Positions 9,677 to 19,376 of a stretch of 64,000 nucleotides of DNA are shown piece by piece (within the stretch, counting starts at the first letter, position 1; each line of letters begins with the position of its first letter). Origin of the DNA: Candidatus Saccharimonadales bacterium (GTDB lineage: Bacteria; Patescibacteriota; Saccharimonadia; Saccharimonadales; 2-12-FULL-41-12); contig DASUOG010000005.1 in the NCBI GenBank assembly GCA_036276755.1, forward strand, positions 13,777-77,776, read 5' to 3'. The notes beneath the pieces are model-generated. The model had not been told where the DNA came from and did no database searches. It saw nothing but the letters and a program-made list of their open reading frames with translations. Made by a program: the position numbers and the translations under genes.

Positions 9677-11272
9677 ATGTTAAAGACTCTTTTGATTTAT
9701 TTGCCGCTTTCAATCATCGGCCTGTGGCGCTGGACTTTCTGGCTTATACGAGTGGCCGGAGCGCGCATGTACCGGCCGCGTTACACCAGATGGCCTCATG
9801 GTAAGGCGAAATTGAGCGTGAGCGTCGTGACGCCGGTCTATAACGAGGACGAAAAGTTGTTTAAGATGGCGGTGGATTCATGGATAAACAACGGGGTCAA
9901 TGAAATAATTGCCGTCATCGATAAAGCGAACAAAAAGCTGATTACAGATTTCCATCGTCGTTACGGGAAGGTACCGCAAGTAAAGACAAAGCTTATCGTA
10001 ACCCCGAAAAAGGGCAAGCGCGCGGCTTTATGCGACGGAATTATGCATGCCAAGGGCGATATAATCGTTCTAGCAGACTCGGACACTATATGGGATAAAG
10101 ACGTGGTTAGGAACACACTGCCCCATTTTCTAGATGAAGGCATAGGCGGTGCAACAGTAACCCAGAGGATATCCAACCCGCATACGCTGAGCAATGTCCT
10201 GTTCGATATCCTGCTATGGACCCGCTATAAAGAAGAGGTGCCTTTCATGCTTGGGCTTGGCAGGGTCTTTAACACATTGTCCGGTCGGACAGCTTTTTAT
10301 AGGCGGGAAGCCCTGCTGAATGACGAATACGACAACCTCCACGACCTTAGACATGAGAAGTTTTTCAGAACAAGAGGAGTATCCGGTGACGACAAGCGGT
10401 TGACGCATCTGATTTTAGAACAAGGCTGGCACATATCCTTCGTTAACAATGCCACGGTATATACTGCCGGCCTGAACAATATGAAATCTTTTTTGAAACA
10501 GCGCTTGCGGTGGGTACGTAACTCATGGCGGGCCGATTTAAGGGCGCTCAAACGCGGCTGGGTCATGCAACACCCGGTCTTAGCCATCCATATGATAGAC
10601 AGGTTTATCCAGCCTTTCTTCATGCTCTTAGGGCCGGTGGCGTTTGTTACTGCCATAATCATTCAACAGTGGCCGGTGGCCATTATCCTCGGCCTGTGGT
10701 GGCTCATCAGCCGTCTTATCCGACTGTTCGGCTATTTCAGACTGTATCCGAGAAGGCTTGTCTATCTGCCGGCGTATATCATATACAGCTATATAAATGC
10801 CCTTACCAAGATCTACGCCCTTGCAACCCTGCTAGAACAAGGCTGGGTAACGCGCTGGCACAAAAGCCGTATGAAAAAGCATATACTTAGGAAGGTAACT
10901 ACGCCGATGGTCGGAATGGCGGCACTGGTGCTTTTGCTAACCGGCCTGCTCAACTTCGTAAAACAAGTTAACGTCGAATCAGGTGCCAGTCTTGATATTC
11001 CGCCAGCTGTCAATGCGGCCGAATTCAGTTTCGATGAACAGGAACTGGTTTTTATAGGCATTCCTACGCAACCTGAGCTTCCGAACGGCGCGGTACTACC
11101 GACGGAAGTGAAGACCTATGTCATCAGGCCCGGAGATACCATCAATAGTTTATCGGCGAAATTCGGTATGAGCATCCCGGACATCAAACGTTTGAATGGA
11201 ATCAGCGATCCCGATAAAATTTCTGCCGGGCAGACTATTCTTTATTATAAAAACGCAGGTGTTTCAGAATGA
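9677..11272 (+). CDS. Processive GT2 polysaccharide synthase (hyaluronan synthase/Alg8-like) with C-terminal LysM
   Basis: PVYNE, GKR, DSD, LSGR, GDDKRLT, QRLRW; TM helices; terminal YVIRPGDT...LNGISDPDKISAGQTI LysM. Confidence 0.88.
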   Translation: MLKTLLIYLPLSIIGLWRWTFWLIRVAGARMYRPRYTRWPHGKAKLSVSVVTPVYNEDEKLFKMAVDSWINNGVNEIIAVIDKANKKLITDFHRRYGKVPQVKTKLIVTPKKGKRAALCDGIMHAKGDIIVLADSDTIWDKDVVRNTLPHFLDEGIGGATVTQRISNPHTLSNVLFDILLWTRYKEEVPFMLGLGRVFNTLSGRTAFYRREALLNDEYDNLHDLRHEKFFRTRGVSGDDKRLTHLILEQGWHISFVNNATVYTAGLNNMKSFLKQRLRWVRNSWRADLRALKRGWVMQHPVLAIHMIDRFIQPFFMLLGPVAFVTAIIIQQWPVAIILGLWWLISRLIRLFGYFRLYPRRLVYLPAYIIYSYINALTKIYALATLLEQGWVTRWHKSRMKKHILRKVTTPMVGMAALVLLLTGLLNFVKQVNVESGASLDIPPAVNAAEFSFDEQELVFIGIPTQPELPNGAVLPTEVKTYVIRPGDTINSLSAKFGMSIPDIKRLNGISDPDKISAGQTILYYKNAGVSE

Positions 11273-12858
11273 TTAAGAACAAGAATGGCAAGCGGAGAAC
11301 TTTTCGCAGAAACCTCAAGCCGACGATGGTTATCATATTCATTCCCGTGTTGCTGGCCATGTTCGTGTTCTACTATATCTTCAGTGACAGCTTCAAAGCT
11401 TATCTGGCCCAACGCGGCAGTGAAAGACTCATTACCGAAAACTGGCCGGTAGCGAGAGATACGCTGGCGGCAGAACAGCCTAATTACGAACCAAAAAACG
11501 CTTATTATAAGATGAAGGAACGTCAGGATCTTACTTGGGCAGCCGAGCATTTCGGGGTCAGCCTTGCGGAGCTGAAAAAGCTCAACCCGGGCTCTATAGT
11601 TTACGGCACGACGATTATCGTTCCCCCTGTGCAAAAACCACTGAGTGAAGAGCCAAATCTCTCTAATTCTTTAGGTAGAGCCCAAGTCAGAGTGGATAAG
11701 AACGGCTTCATACAAGTCGTAAACGAATTCAGCAATGAGGAAATTAATCTGACCGTTCCCAAACTTGCTAGTCTGCTGGCCTCGCAAAACGCCATAGAAA
11801 AAGTCGGCGATAAGCACTACCGAGTACTGAAACCTATTTATTTGTTAGATAACTTCAGACTTGATATAACTTCTGATACGGTTGAAAAACTTGAACTTTA
11901 CAGCGGCCCCGACTTTGATACCACATGTCTCTGTTTTGAAAATTCAGCGATACTTATCAAGGACGTTGAAATAACCTCATACGATCCTAGCACCAAAGGT
12001 CCGGATACCGAACATAAGGACGGCCGAAGCTTCATAAGAGCTTTGAAGTCGAGTCGCATGGACGTGCTAAACAGCCGGATAACTTATCTGGGAGAAGGAC
12101 TTTATGACAAAAATAACCGCAAACCGATCATGGAAAACGGCGGCACGTACGGGATATCCTGGAGAATTCCTGACGGTACGCTTGGCAGTGAGATAGCGAC
12201 CGGCTGGGTTGAAAACAGCACGTTCGAAAAGAACCATTTCGGCGCCTATACCTTCGGTGTGTCCGGAATGATGTGGCGTGGTAATACCTTCGTGCATAAC
12301 GATGTGTATGGCCTGGACCCGCATGATGACAGCAATAGTGCTACAGTTGTCAATAACAAGTTCCTCGAGAACGGCAAGCATGGCTTCATCGTTTCAAAGC
12401 GTTGCAACTTCAATGTCATACGCAATAATATCTCCAGTGGTAATAAATTGCATGGCTTTATGCTTCACCAGGATTCCGTGCATAACCTGATCGAAAACAA
12501 TATAGCCGAGCGCAATACCGACAATTTTGTCATCTATGCTTCCAGCTTCAATGCCATCAGAGACAACAAAAGCTATGACGCCTCAGGCAGCCATGTACGT
12601 ATCAATGAATCCTCAAAACAAAACTACGTCATAAACAATGAATTCCATGGTGGGAACAAAGGGGTGTATATTTACGGTAACAGCCTTAACGTCCTTGTAG
12701 TTGGCAATAAGTTCGCGAATAATAAAGAAGCTGTCGTCACGCGGGGCGCTCGTAACGTGATAATCGTAGACAACTTTATAAGAAGAGTAAGCTATAATAT
12801 ATCTCCCGGAGATAGGGTTATTTTCGGGCCGAACGATGTTAACCGCAGCTTACAATAG
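11269..12858 (+). CDS. Mannuronan C5-epimerase-like (AlgG-like) beta-helix protein with N-terminal TM anchor and LysM
   Basis: YGISW, FGAYTF and YGLDPHDDS (cf. AlgG YGFDPHD), KHGFIVSKR; Asn-rich beta-helix repeats; ATGA overlap with upstream gene. Confidence 0.82.
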   Translation: MIKNKNGKRRTFRRNLKPTMVIIFIPVLLAMFVFYYIFSDSFKAYLAQRGSERLITENWPVARDTLAAEQPNYEPKNAYYKMKERQDLTWAAEHFGVSLAELKKLNPGSIVYGTTIIVPPVQKPLSEEPNLSNSLGRAQVRVDKNGFIQVVNEFSNEEINLTVPKLASLLASQNAIEKVGDKHYRVLKPIYLLDNFRLDITSDTVEKLELYSGPDFDTTCLCFENSAILIKDVEITSYDPSTKGPDTEHKDGRSFIRALKSSRMDVLNSRITYLGEGLYDKNNRKPIMENGGTYGISWRIPDGTLGSEIATGWVENSTFEKNHFGAYTFGVSGMMWRGNTFVHNDVYGLDPHDDSNSATVVNNKFLENGKHGFIVSKRCNFNVIRNNISSGNKLHGFMLHQDSVHNLIENNIAERNTDNFVIYASSFNAIRDNKSYDASGSHVRINESSKQNYVINNEFHGGNKGVYIYGNSLNVLVVGNKFANNKEAVVTRGARNVIIVDNFIRRVSYNISPGDRVIFGPNDVNRSLQ

Positions 12859-12909
12859 TTGTGAATTATTATATCCCCCCCAAGTGTTCGGATATTTTAG
12901 GATAGTTTT

Positions 12910-13854
12910 ATGTTCTCAAAGATTACACATAACTTGAGCCGTGGCTTAAACAGAGGGTTACTGCAAAACTTTCGTCGCAGGATGTCCAGCAAGAAAGCTG
13001 TGATGATTATCGTTTTGGTTTTTTTAGGCGTTTTTATAACCGGTTATCTGACTTCTGCAGACAAGCCGGAAACTTCCAGCATGTCCGGAGAGGATGCTTA
13101 TACGAACGAAACAAGCAATAATACGGCTTCAGAGGAACCCAACGCGGGTGTCCAACCGGGTACATCGGCGGTTTCAAGCCGGATCCCTCCAGCCCTCACG
13201 CCGGCGCGGATAATCAATTTGAATAACTGGAAACTGACCCTACCGATAAACACCGGATATTCAGGCAATCCGGATGAGATTAAGCAACCCGCGTTGACAA
13301 AATTCACTAAACCTCCCTATTTCCGGGTAAACAGCGCGAAAAATGGCGTGATATTCAGAGCTCACACCGGCGGGGCTACTACCTCAAATTCAGGCTATCC
13401 GCGTTCCGAACTGCGCGAGATGCGAAACAACGGCAGACTCAAAGCCAGCTGGTACGGCGGCAGAGGCTCGCATACCATGACCATCCGCCAGGCTATAACT
13501 CATCTGCCCCGTGTCAAACCTCATGTGGTCGCCGGTCAGATACATGATGCCTCGGATGACGTGATGATGATCAGGCTGGAACGCAAACATTTGTTCGTGG
13601 AGTCCGACGGTGACAACGTAGGTACTTTGGACAAGAATTATTCCCTAGGCAAAGCATTCACCGTGAAGGTACACGTCTATAAGGGCAAGATAACCGTGTA
13701 TTACAACGGATCAAGGAAGGTCTCCTTAAGCGGCAAAGGTTCCGGTTATTACTTTAAAGCCGGATGTTACACGCAAAGCAATCCAAGCAAAGGCGACAGC
13801 CCCAGCGATTACGGCGAAGTGACCATTTACTCATTAAACATCCGCCACACATAA
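12910..13854 (+). CDS. Polysaccharide lyase family 7 (alginate lyase), membrane-anchored
   Basis: PL7 motifs YPRSELRE, QIH, YFKAGCYTQ; N-terminal TM segment. Confidence 0.92.
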   Translation: MFSKITHNLSRGLNRGLLQNFRRRMSSKKAVMIIVLVFLGVFITGYLTSADKPETSSMSGEDAYTNETSNNTASEEPNAGVQPGTSAVSSRIPPALTPARIINLNNWKLTLPINTGYSGNPDEIKQPALTKFTKPPYFRVNSAKNGVIFRAHTGGATTSNSGYPRSELREMRNNGRLKASWYGGRGSHTMTIRQAITHLPRVKPHVVAGQIHDASDDVMMIRLERKHLFVESDGDNVGTLDKNYSLGKAFTVKVHVYKGKITVYYNGSRKVSLSGKGSGYYFKAGCYTQSNPSKGDSPSDYGEVTIYSLNIRHT

Positions 13855-14004
13855 GCCTAAAACAAAAACAACAGGGGTAAGCATAAGCATAAAATATATT
13901 TGCATTATTGTAAATTTCACACTTTTATTTATTTTACCGGAGTATTATAGTTCCACCACAAGGTATGGTTGGGGACCTGTAAGGTAAATATAAGGAGGGA
14001 CAAA

Positions 14005-14532
14005 ATGCAAAAAGTCAAAAAGACAATCAAGACTGCACTGGCTAGCTTACTGCTTGCAGGTGCTTTTGCCGTGCCGGCATCCGCCAGCACAACCAATACA
14101 AATACTACTACTGTAGATAGCAACAATTCTACGGACAAAAGCAAAACATACAATCTCGAAGAATGTGCCGGGATTGTTAATACTACCGTCAACCAAGAAC
14201 AAGACGTTGACGCCGATAACGAGCAGGATAACGACGCTGATAGCGCCGGCCTTATCAATATCGGTAACGATCCTGAACAAGACAACGAAGGCAGCGCATC
14301 CGCTAACGGAAGCCAGTCTTCGAGCGTCAACTTCAGCCCGGACTGCAGCGAAGTTACTAACGTAACCAACGTAAACGAGTCCCAGGTCAGCAAGACCCCT
14401 TCGGGTGGTGTTGACTCCGGAGCCGGCGGTGCATCCGAAGCTGTAGCAACCAGCTCTATCTTGGGTCTTATCGGCTCGGTAGCAGCTCTTGGTGCAGGAG
14501 CAGTATTACGCCTTCGCGGTGTAGAGCTTTAA
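14005..14532 (+). CDS. Secreted N/Q/D/S/T-rich surface protein, probable class F sortase substrate
   Basis: SD AAGGAGG before ATG 14005; signal peptide; TPSGGVDSG followed by hydrophobic segment and RLR tail. Confidence 0.75.
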   Translation: MQKVKKTIKTALASLLLAGAFAVPASASTTNTNTTTVDSNNSTDKSKTYNLEECAGIVNTTVNQEQDVDADNEQDNDADSAGLINIGNDPEQDNEGSASANGSQSSSVNFSPDCSEVTNVTNVNESQVSKTPSGGVDSGAGGASEAVATSSILGLIGSVAALGAGAVLRLRGVEL

Positions 14533-14553
14533 GCGAGGGAAAAAAGGATAGCA

Positions 14554-15447
14554 GTGTTTCAACTGTTCTCGCAAAAAGGCAAAAGTGGACGGACCTCTAA
14601 AAAGGACCGTCCGCTTTTAAAATCTACTAAAACCGTCAAGCTGCGTATTTTCAAACGACGCGTTTTGAGTTTCGGCTTTTATAAATCAAGGAAACCGGCC
14701 GTAGGGCGGATCGATAAAACAACTAAATTTATTATTAGTTTCTATTTGTTTTCCAGGTTTATAGAAGCCAGAATTTCTTATAAAAAATACCCGTATCAAG
14801 GGTTGCGCTACACCAATAGCCTCAATCCGCTTCATTTGATATCGATAATATTGTTATTTGCCGGTATCGGGGGAATGATCTATTTCGGATTTGACATAAA
14901 CAAACCGTATGAGATAAAGCCTGTGAGTTTGGCAGTACCTGTGTTTGAACAAGCCGAACAAAAACCGGCGATCCGACAAGGCCTTCCCTTCTCCAAACCC
15001 AAACATATCAAGATCGACCGCGTCGGTATCGACTATCCGGTCATGGAAGTCGGTCAGAAAAAGGACGGAACCATGGAAACTCCGCCGCTTTTTAAAGACG
15101 TAACCGGCTGGTACAAACACGGTCCCAGCCCGGGTGAAGTCGGCCCCGCTATAATCGTCGGCCATGTCGATACCTACAAGGGGCCGTCAGTCTTCTGGCG
15201 TTTGCGTGAGCTTAAAAGCGGCGATGTCATAACCGTAACCCGCGAAGATAAATCAGTAGTCAGGTTTAAAGTAACCGGCCTGCAACAATTTGAGCAAAAC
15301 AACTTTCCTACCAAGAAGGTATACGGCAATACTAAGGGTTCTGAACTCAGGCTGATAACCTGCGGCGGTACGTTTAACAAACAGACCCTGCGTTACTCGG
15401 AAAACACGGTAGTGTTTGCCACAATTATCAACCATAACAACACATAA
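14554..15447 (+). CDS. Class F sortase (start uncertain)
   Basis: GWY..GPSPGEVG, GHVD, LRLITCGG, Y.EN.VVFA; TM anchor. Confidence 0.88.
   Translation: MFQLFSQKGKSGRTSKKDRPLLKSTKTVKLRIFKRRVLSFGFYKSRKPAVGRIDKTTKFIISFYLFSRFIEARISYKKYPYQGLRYTNSLNPLHLISIILLFAGIGGMIYFGFDINKPYEIKPVSLAVPVFEQAEQKPAIRQGLPFSKPKHIKIDRVGIDYPVMEVGQKKDGTMETPPLFKDVTGWYKHGPSPGEVGPAIIVGHVDTYKGPSVFWRLRELKSGDVITVTREDKSVVRFKVTGLQQFEQNNFPTKKVYGNTKGSELRLITCGGTFNKQTLRYSENTVVFATIINHNNT
14581..14618 (+). terminator. Hairpin, possible terminator/attenuator after the surface-protein gene
   Basis: AAAAGTGGACGG...CCGTCCGCTTTT inverted repeat; overlaps the putative N-terminus of the sortase ORF. Confidence 0.4.
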
Positions 15448-15461
15448 GCGTTACTTAATAT

Positions 15462-16175
15462 CTAGCGCCAAGGGTCCGGTTCGTCGCGATAAAGCCCTCC
15501 TCCGGGCGTACTGATAAATCCGTCATCGGCCCTAAGCCAGGCAGGCTCCGGTTCCGGATGGTTCCACATTTCATCGATTTCCCATTTGCTCTTTACTTCA
15601 CTACCATTGATGGTCGCTACGGCTGATAATGCCAAACCGCTGCCGGAAATCTCTTTTGCTAACGCTTGCTCATCCAAGCCGGGCAAGCCTCGTCCAAGGG
15701 CGACATTAAGCCTTCTATCGGAATTATGGCTGTCTAGGACCGGGGCATCGACTTGGCTTATACCTCTTGTGCCAACCCCTATTTCTTCTATGCTTGCGGA
15801 ATCCACTACACCGGAAATAACCATTATTCCCCCTCCCGTCCTGACAATTCCGGGTTTTTCATACGGTATTTCCTTTAGCGGTTTCTGACTTATGCCGCTG
15901 AACCTTACGGTTACAAAGCCGTTATCATCAATGTTATCGAAGCCGTATCGTATCATCAGTTCTATAGCTTCCGGGCTAAGGCCTCTCAGCTCTCGGGTAA
16001 ATTCGTTTGGCAGCGGGCGCCTGCGCCTAGGCTCTTTCCTTGCCGGGTCCTTGCCTTCTACCTTGGCCTCAATCGCTTCCCAGTCTATGGGCGCGTGTTT
16101 TCTTCCATGGCTTGGCTTTCCCGGCCTTCTACCTCTGTTAGTGCTGTGTTTCCTGCTATTGTTTTTTCTCGGCAT
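15462..16175 (-). CDS. Hypothetical protein with basic N-terminus
   Basis: 237-aa ORF; TATAAT upstream; no recognised motif. Confidence 0.65.
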   Translation of the reverse strand: MPRKNNSRKHSTNRGRRPGKPSHGRKHAPIDWEAIEAKVEGKDPARKEPRRRRPLPNEFTRELRGLSPEAIELMIRYGFDNIDDNGFVTVRFSGISQKPLKEIPYEKPGIVRTGGGIMVISGVVDSASIEEIGVGTRGISQVDAPVLDSHNSDRRLNVALGRGLPGLDEQALAKEISGSGLALSAVATINGSEVKSKWEIDEMWNHPEPEPAWLRADDGFISTPGGGLYRDEPDPWR

Positions 16176-16306
16176 AATCTGACTAAATTTGCTTTATTAT
16201 ACACTTTATATACTAACTTGTGAAATAGTGCAAATTAGCTTCAATAAATGTTTCTTGCTGGAATGGTAGGATTTTCGTCGACCGGACCGGTTGCCAATTA
16301 TTATTC

Positions 16307-16380
16307 TGGCTTCCGGGCTTGGACTCGAACCAAGATTGCTGGGACCAAAACCCAGTGTCCTACCATTAGACGACCCGGAA
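16307..16380 (-). tRNA. tRNA-Gln(TTG)
   Basis: Cloverleaf TTCCGGG...CCCGGAAGCCA; anticodon stem CTGGG/CCCAG, loop TTTTGGT. Confidence 0.95.
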
Positions 16381-16436
16381 CCATTTAGGCGATGTGCGGT
16401 CAATATTGTAGCAGTTTTGCTAAAATAAGCTAAGTT

Positions 16437-17270
16437 ATGCGCAAGCTAGAATATGCCGGCAATCGGCAAACAAAAACGCGGAGAACGCACAAAATATCAG
16501 TGGTTATCCTGGCAGTGCTTATCGCAGGCATAACATTCGTGGTGATGCATAGGCAGGCTACCGCACCCGAACCACGTGCACCAGTGCAAACCAGTACAAA
16601 TATGCCAAAAACAGATATGGGTCGTAAAGGGTTTAAAACCTTCAGCGGCAAGGAATTTGCAAGACTTTACGATTCGTTCGTGTACCCGAACACGCTGATG
16701 ATCAACGAGGATACTCCTATAACAGGTAATGCAGAGGCGGACAGTAAGTTAAGAGAACTAGCCGAAAAACGCGGTTATAAACTGCGCAGTGCGCCGGTAA
16801 CCGATACCTTCGTTGAAATTCAAACGGACATGCTTCTGCAAAGGCTGGCTGCCTTGGACTGGACAAAGCTGAATAACCGTGCCAAAAAAGCCGGGTTAAA
16901 CCTGCTACTTACCGACGCTTACCGGTCCGCCAAGGACCAGAGAGCTATTTTCTTGCAACGGATAAAGAGCATCCCTGTCGAATCCATCGCCAGCGGAGAA
17001 GCCGATGCCCGCATAAACGGTGTGCTGGCAACCACTGCTTTGCCCGGCTATTCGCGGCACCATACAGGCTACAGCGTCGATATAGCTTGCAAAAATGACC
17101 CTGCAGTCAAGTTCGAGGATTCCAAATGCTTCCTCTGGCTTAGTAAGAACAATTATTCCAATGCCAAAAAATCGGGCTGGATTCCCAGCTATCCCGAAGG
17201 TGCCGGACGGCAAGGTCCTGACCCCGAGGCATGGGAGTATGTATGGGTGGGAACGGACGCGCTTAAATAA
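16437..17270 (+). CDS. D-Ala-D-Ala carboxypeptidase, M15B/VanY-like, membrane-anchored
   Basis: AYRS..DQ, ALPGYSRHHTG..VD, PEAWEY.WVG. Confidence 0.85.
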   Translation: MRKLEYAGNRQTKTRRTHKISVVILAVLIAGITFVVMHRQATAPEPRAPVQTSTNMPKTDMGRKGFKTFSGKEFARLYDSFVYPNTLMINEDTPITGNAEADSKLRELAEKRGYKLRSAPVTDTFVEIQTDMLLQRLAALDWTKLNNRAKKAGLNLLLTDAYRSAKDQRAIFLQRIKSIPVESIASGEADARINGVLATTALPGYSRHHTGYSVDIACKNDPAVKFEDSKCFLWLSKNNYSNAKKSGWIPSYPEGAGRQGPDPEAWEYVWVGTDALK

Positions 17271-17315
17271 ACCGTTTATGATTGCTTAAATTTGAATTTG
17301 TTAATATTTTATTAG

Positions 17316-18230
17316 TTGATGACACCAAACCAAAATAATATAACCGCGCTGAACATCCACCGGTTAAGAGGCAGGATGCTGCGTTTGCCGGCGCCTAAGA
17401 ACAAGAAGCGCGAAATATTGCTGGTTTACGGACACCATGCGAGTTTAGAGCGTATGTTCGGTATTGCCGCAAACCTTAACCGACACGGGGCAATAACCAT
17501 TCCCGACCTGCCCGGCTTCGGTGGGATGGAAAGCTTTTACAGAATCGGGTTACAGCCGAGTCTAGATAATTATGCCGATTACCTGGCCGCATTTATAAAG
17601 CTTCGCTATAAAAAACGAAAGATAACCATCATCGCCATGTCTTTTTCCTTCTTGATAGTTACCAGGATGTTGCAGAAGTACCCGGACATCGCTAAAAGAG
17701 TCGACCTGCTCGTAAGTTCCGTGGGATTTGTGCATCACGAAGATTTCAGCCTGCCGAAATACCAGCAGATCGGACTAAGGATCATGGGAACCGTCTTCCA
17801 GCACAAACTGCCGGCGTTTCTTATGCGCTATACGATTCTGCAGGGGTTAGTCATCAAGGCTTTTTATAGCTTCATCGGTGTCAGCCACAGTAAAATGCAG
17901 GATGCCGGCGACAAAAATGTAAAGAAACAAAGGATAAAGGCCGAAATAAAGTTATGGCACATCAACGACTTAAGAACCCGCATGAAGACAATCGCCGATA
18001 TGTTCAAAGTGAATCTGTGCGACAAAACGATCGACTTGCCGGTGCATCATGTTCATGTCGATGGGGATAGGTTTTTGAACAACAGGGTGGTCGAACAGCA
18101 TATGCGTATCATCTACAAGGATTTCATCGGGCTTCAAACGGATATCAAAGGACATATGCCCTCAATCGTCGCAACTGCCGAAGATGCCGAGCCGTTCGTA
18201 CCGAAAAAACTGAAGAAACTGTTAAAATAA
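17316..18230 (+). CDS. Alpha/beta fold hydrolase
   Basis: PDLPGFG, AMSFS nucleophile elbow, GDRF, C-terminal GHM. Confidence 0.78.
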   Translation: MMTPNQNNITALNIHRLRGRMLRLPAPKNKKREILLVYGHHASLERMFGIAANLNRHGAITIPDLPGFGGMESFYRIGLQPSLDNYADYLAAFIKLRYKKRKITIIAMSFSFLIVTRMLQKYPDIAKRVDLLVSSVGFVHHEDFSLPKYQQIGLRIMGTVFQHKLPAFLMRYTILQGLVIKAFYSFIGVSHSKMQDAGDKNVKKQRIKAEIKLWHINDLRTRMKTIADMFKVNLCDKTIDLPVHHVHVDGDRFLNNRVVEQHMRIIYKDFIGLQTDIKGHMPSIVATAEDAEPFVPKKLKKLLK

Positions 18231-18242
18231 ACTGAGCTTGAT

Positions 18243-19376
18243 ATGAAAATCGGTATCGTATGTCCATACAATATATTCAAGGGCGGCGGCGTACAGGAGT
18301 ATGCTCTCGGCTTACGCAACAGCTTGGTCGCTAACGGTCATAAGGCTTTTGTGATTACCCCGCAGCCTATGGATTATGACGGGCCGAAAGTACCGGGTAT
18401 CATCATGATCGGCGGCGCGGCCCCGATCAGATCATTCCACACATCCGCTCAGGTTTCCGCCTCGGTCGACACCGATGCCCTGGAGGCGGTCTTACGCGAA
18501 CAAAATTTTGATATCCTGCATTTTCATGAGCCTTGGGTACCGATGCTGTCCCGTCAAATACTATCGAGATCGGACGCCATCCATATAGCGACCTTTCACG
18601 CCGCGATGAGTGAGAGATGGACTGCAAGAACCTTGGAGAGGGTCATAACCCCCTACACCAAATCAATCCTCAAATATCTGGACGTATTGACGGCCGTATC
18701 ACCGGTCGCGACCAATTATATAAAAACCCTTACGCACCGTAAAATTTATATTATTCCCAACGCCATAGATATTGAGAAATACCAGCAGAAAGACAAGCAA
18801 GCGGCCAATCCGCAAAAGAACAAGAAGACCATACTCTATGTCGGAAGATTAGAAAAAAGAAAAGCCGTAAAGTATTTGATCCAGGCTTTTGGCGCGATAA
18901 ATCAGGTGCACAAACGCTACCATCTCATCATCGCGGGAGAAGGTCCCGACCGGGACAGGCTGGAAGAACAGATCAAGGAGTCCGATATCAACAACGTCAC
19001 ATTCCTTGGCCACATAGATGAGGCGGAAAAAATCAATTTGCTGCAGAGCTGCGATGTCTTCTGCTCCCCGGCCATGTACGGAGAAAGTTTCGGTATAGTG
19101 CTTCTGGAAGCAATGGCAGCGGGCTGCGTAACCGTCGCCGGTGCCAATGCCGGATACGAAAGCGTATTGACCGGCAGCGGTCAGATTTCACTGGTCAATC
19201 CTAAGGACACCAAGGATTTCGCAAGACGGCTTCTGCTTATGGCTTCCGACGACGGCTTAAGGCAACATTGGCTGGGTTGGGCCGAAAACGAGGTCAGTAA
19301 ATACAGCTATCAGAACATAGTGAACCAATACATGAAGCTTTATGAGCTGGCCTATACCAAAAAACACCATGAATAA
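18243..19376 (+). CDS. GT4 glycosyltransferase (PimA-like)
   Basis: MKIGIVCPY...GGVQ, HFHEP, ATFH, GESFGIVLLEAMAAG. Confidence 0.9.
   Translation: MKIGIVCPYNIFKGGGVQEYALGLRNSLVANGHKAFVITPQPMDYDGPKVPGIIMIGGAAPIRSFHTSAQVSASVDTDALEAVLREQNFDILHFHEPWVPMLSRQILSRSDAIHIATFHAAMSERWTARTLERVITPYTKSILKYLDVLTAVSPVATNYIKTLTHRKIYIIPNAIDIEKYQQKDKQAANPQKNKKTILYVGRLEKRKAVKYLIQAFGAINQVHKRYHLIIAGEGPDRDRLEEQIKESDINNVTFLGHIDEAEKINLLQSCDVFCSPAMYGESFGIVLLEAMAAGCVTVAGANAGYESVLTGSGQISLVNPKDTKDFARRLLLMASDDGLRQHWLGWAENEVSKYSYQNIVNQYMKLYELAYTKKHHE

Noticed and set aside
9677-11272. Calling the GT2 a hyaluronan synthase (hasA with hasB)
   Set aside because: The motifs are compatible, but the flanking DPHD epimerase and PL7 lyase favour a mannuronan; product left unproven
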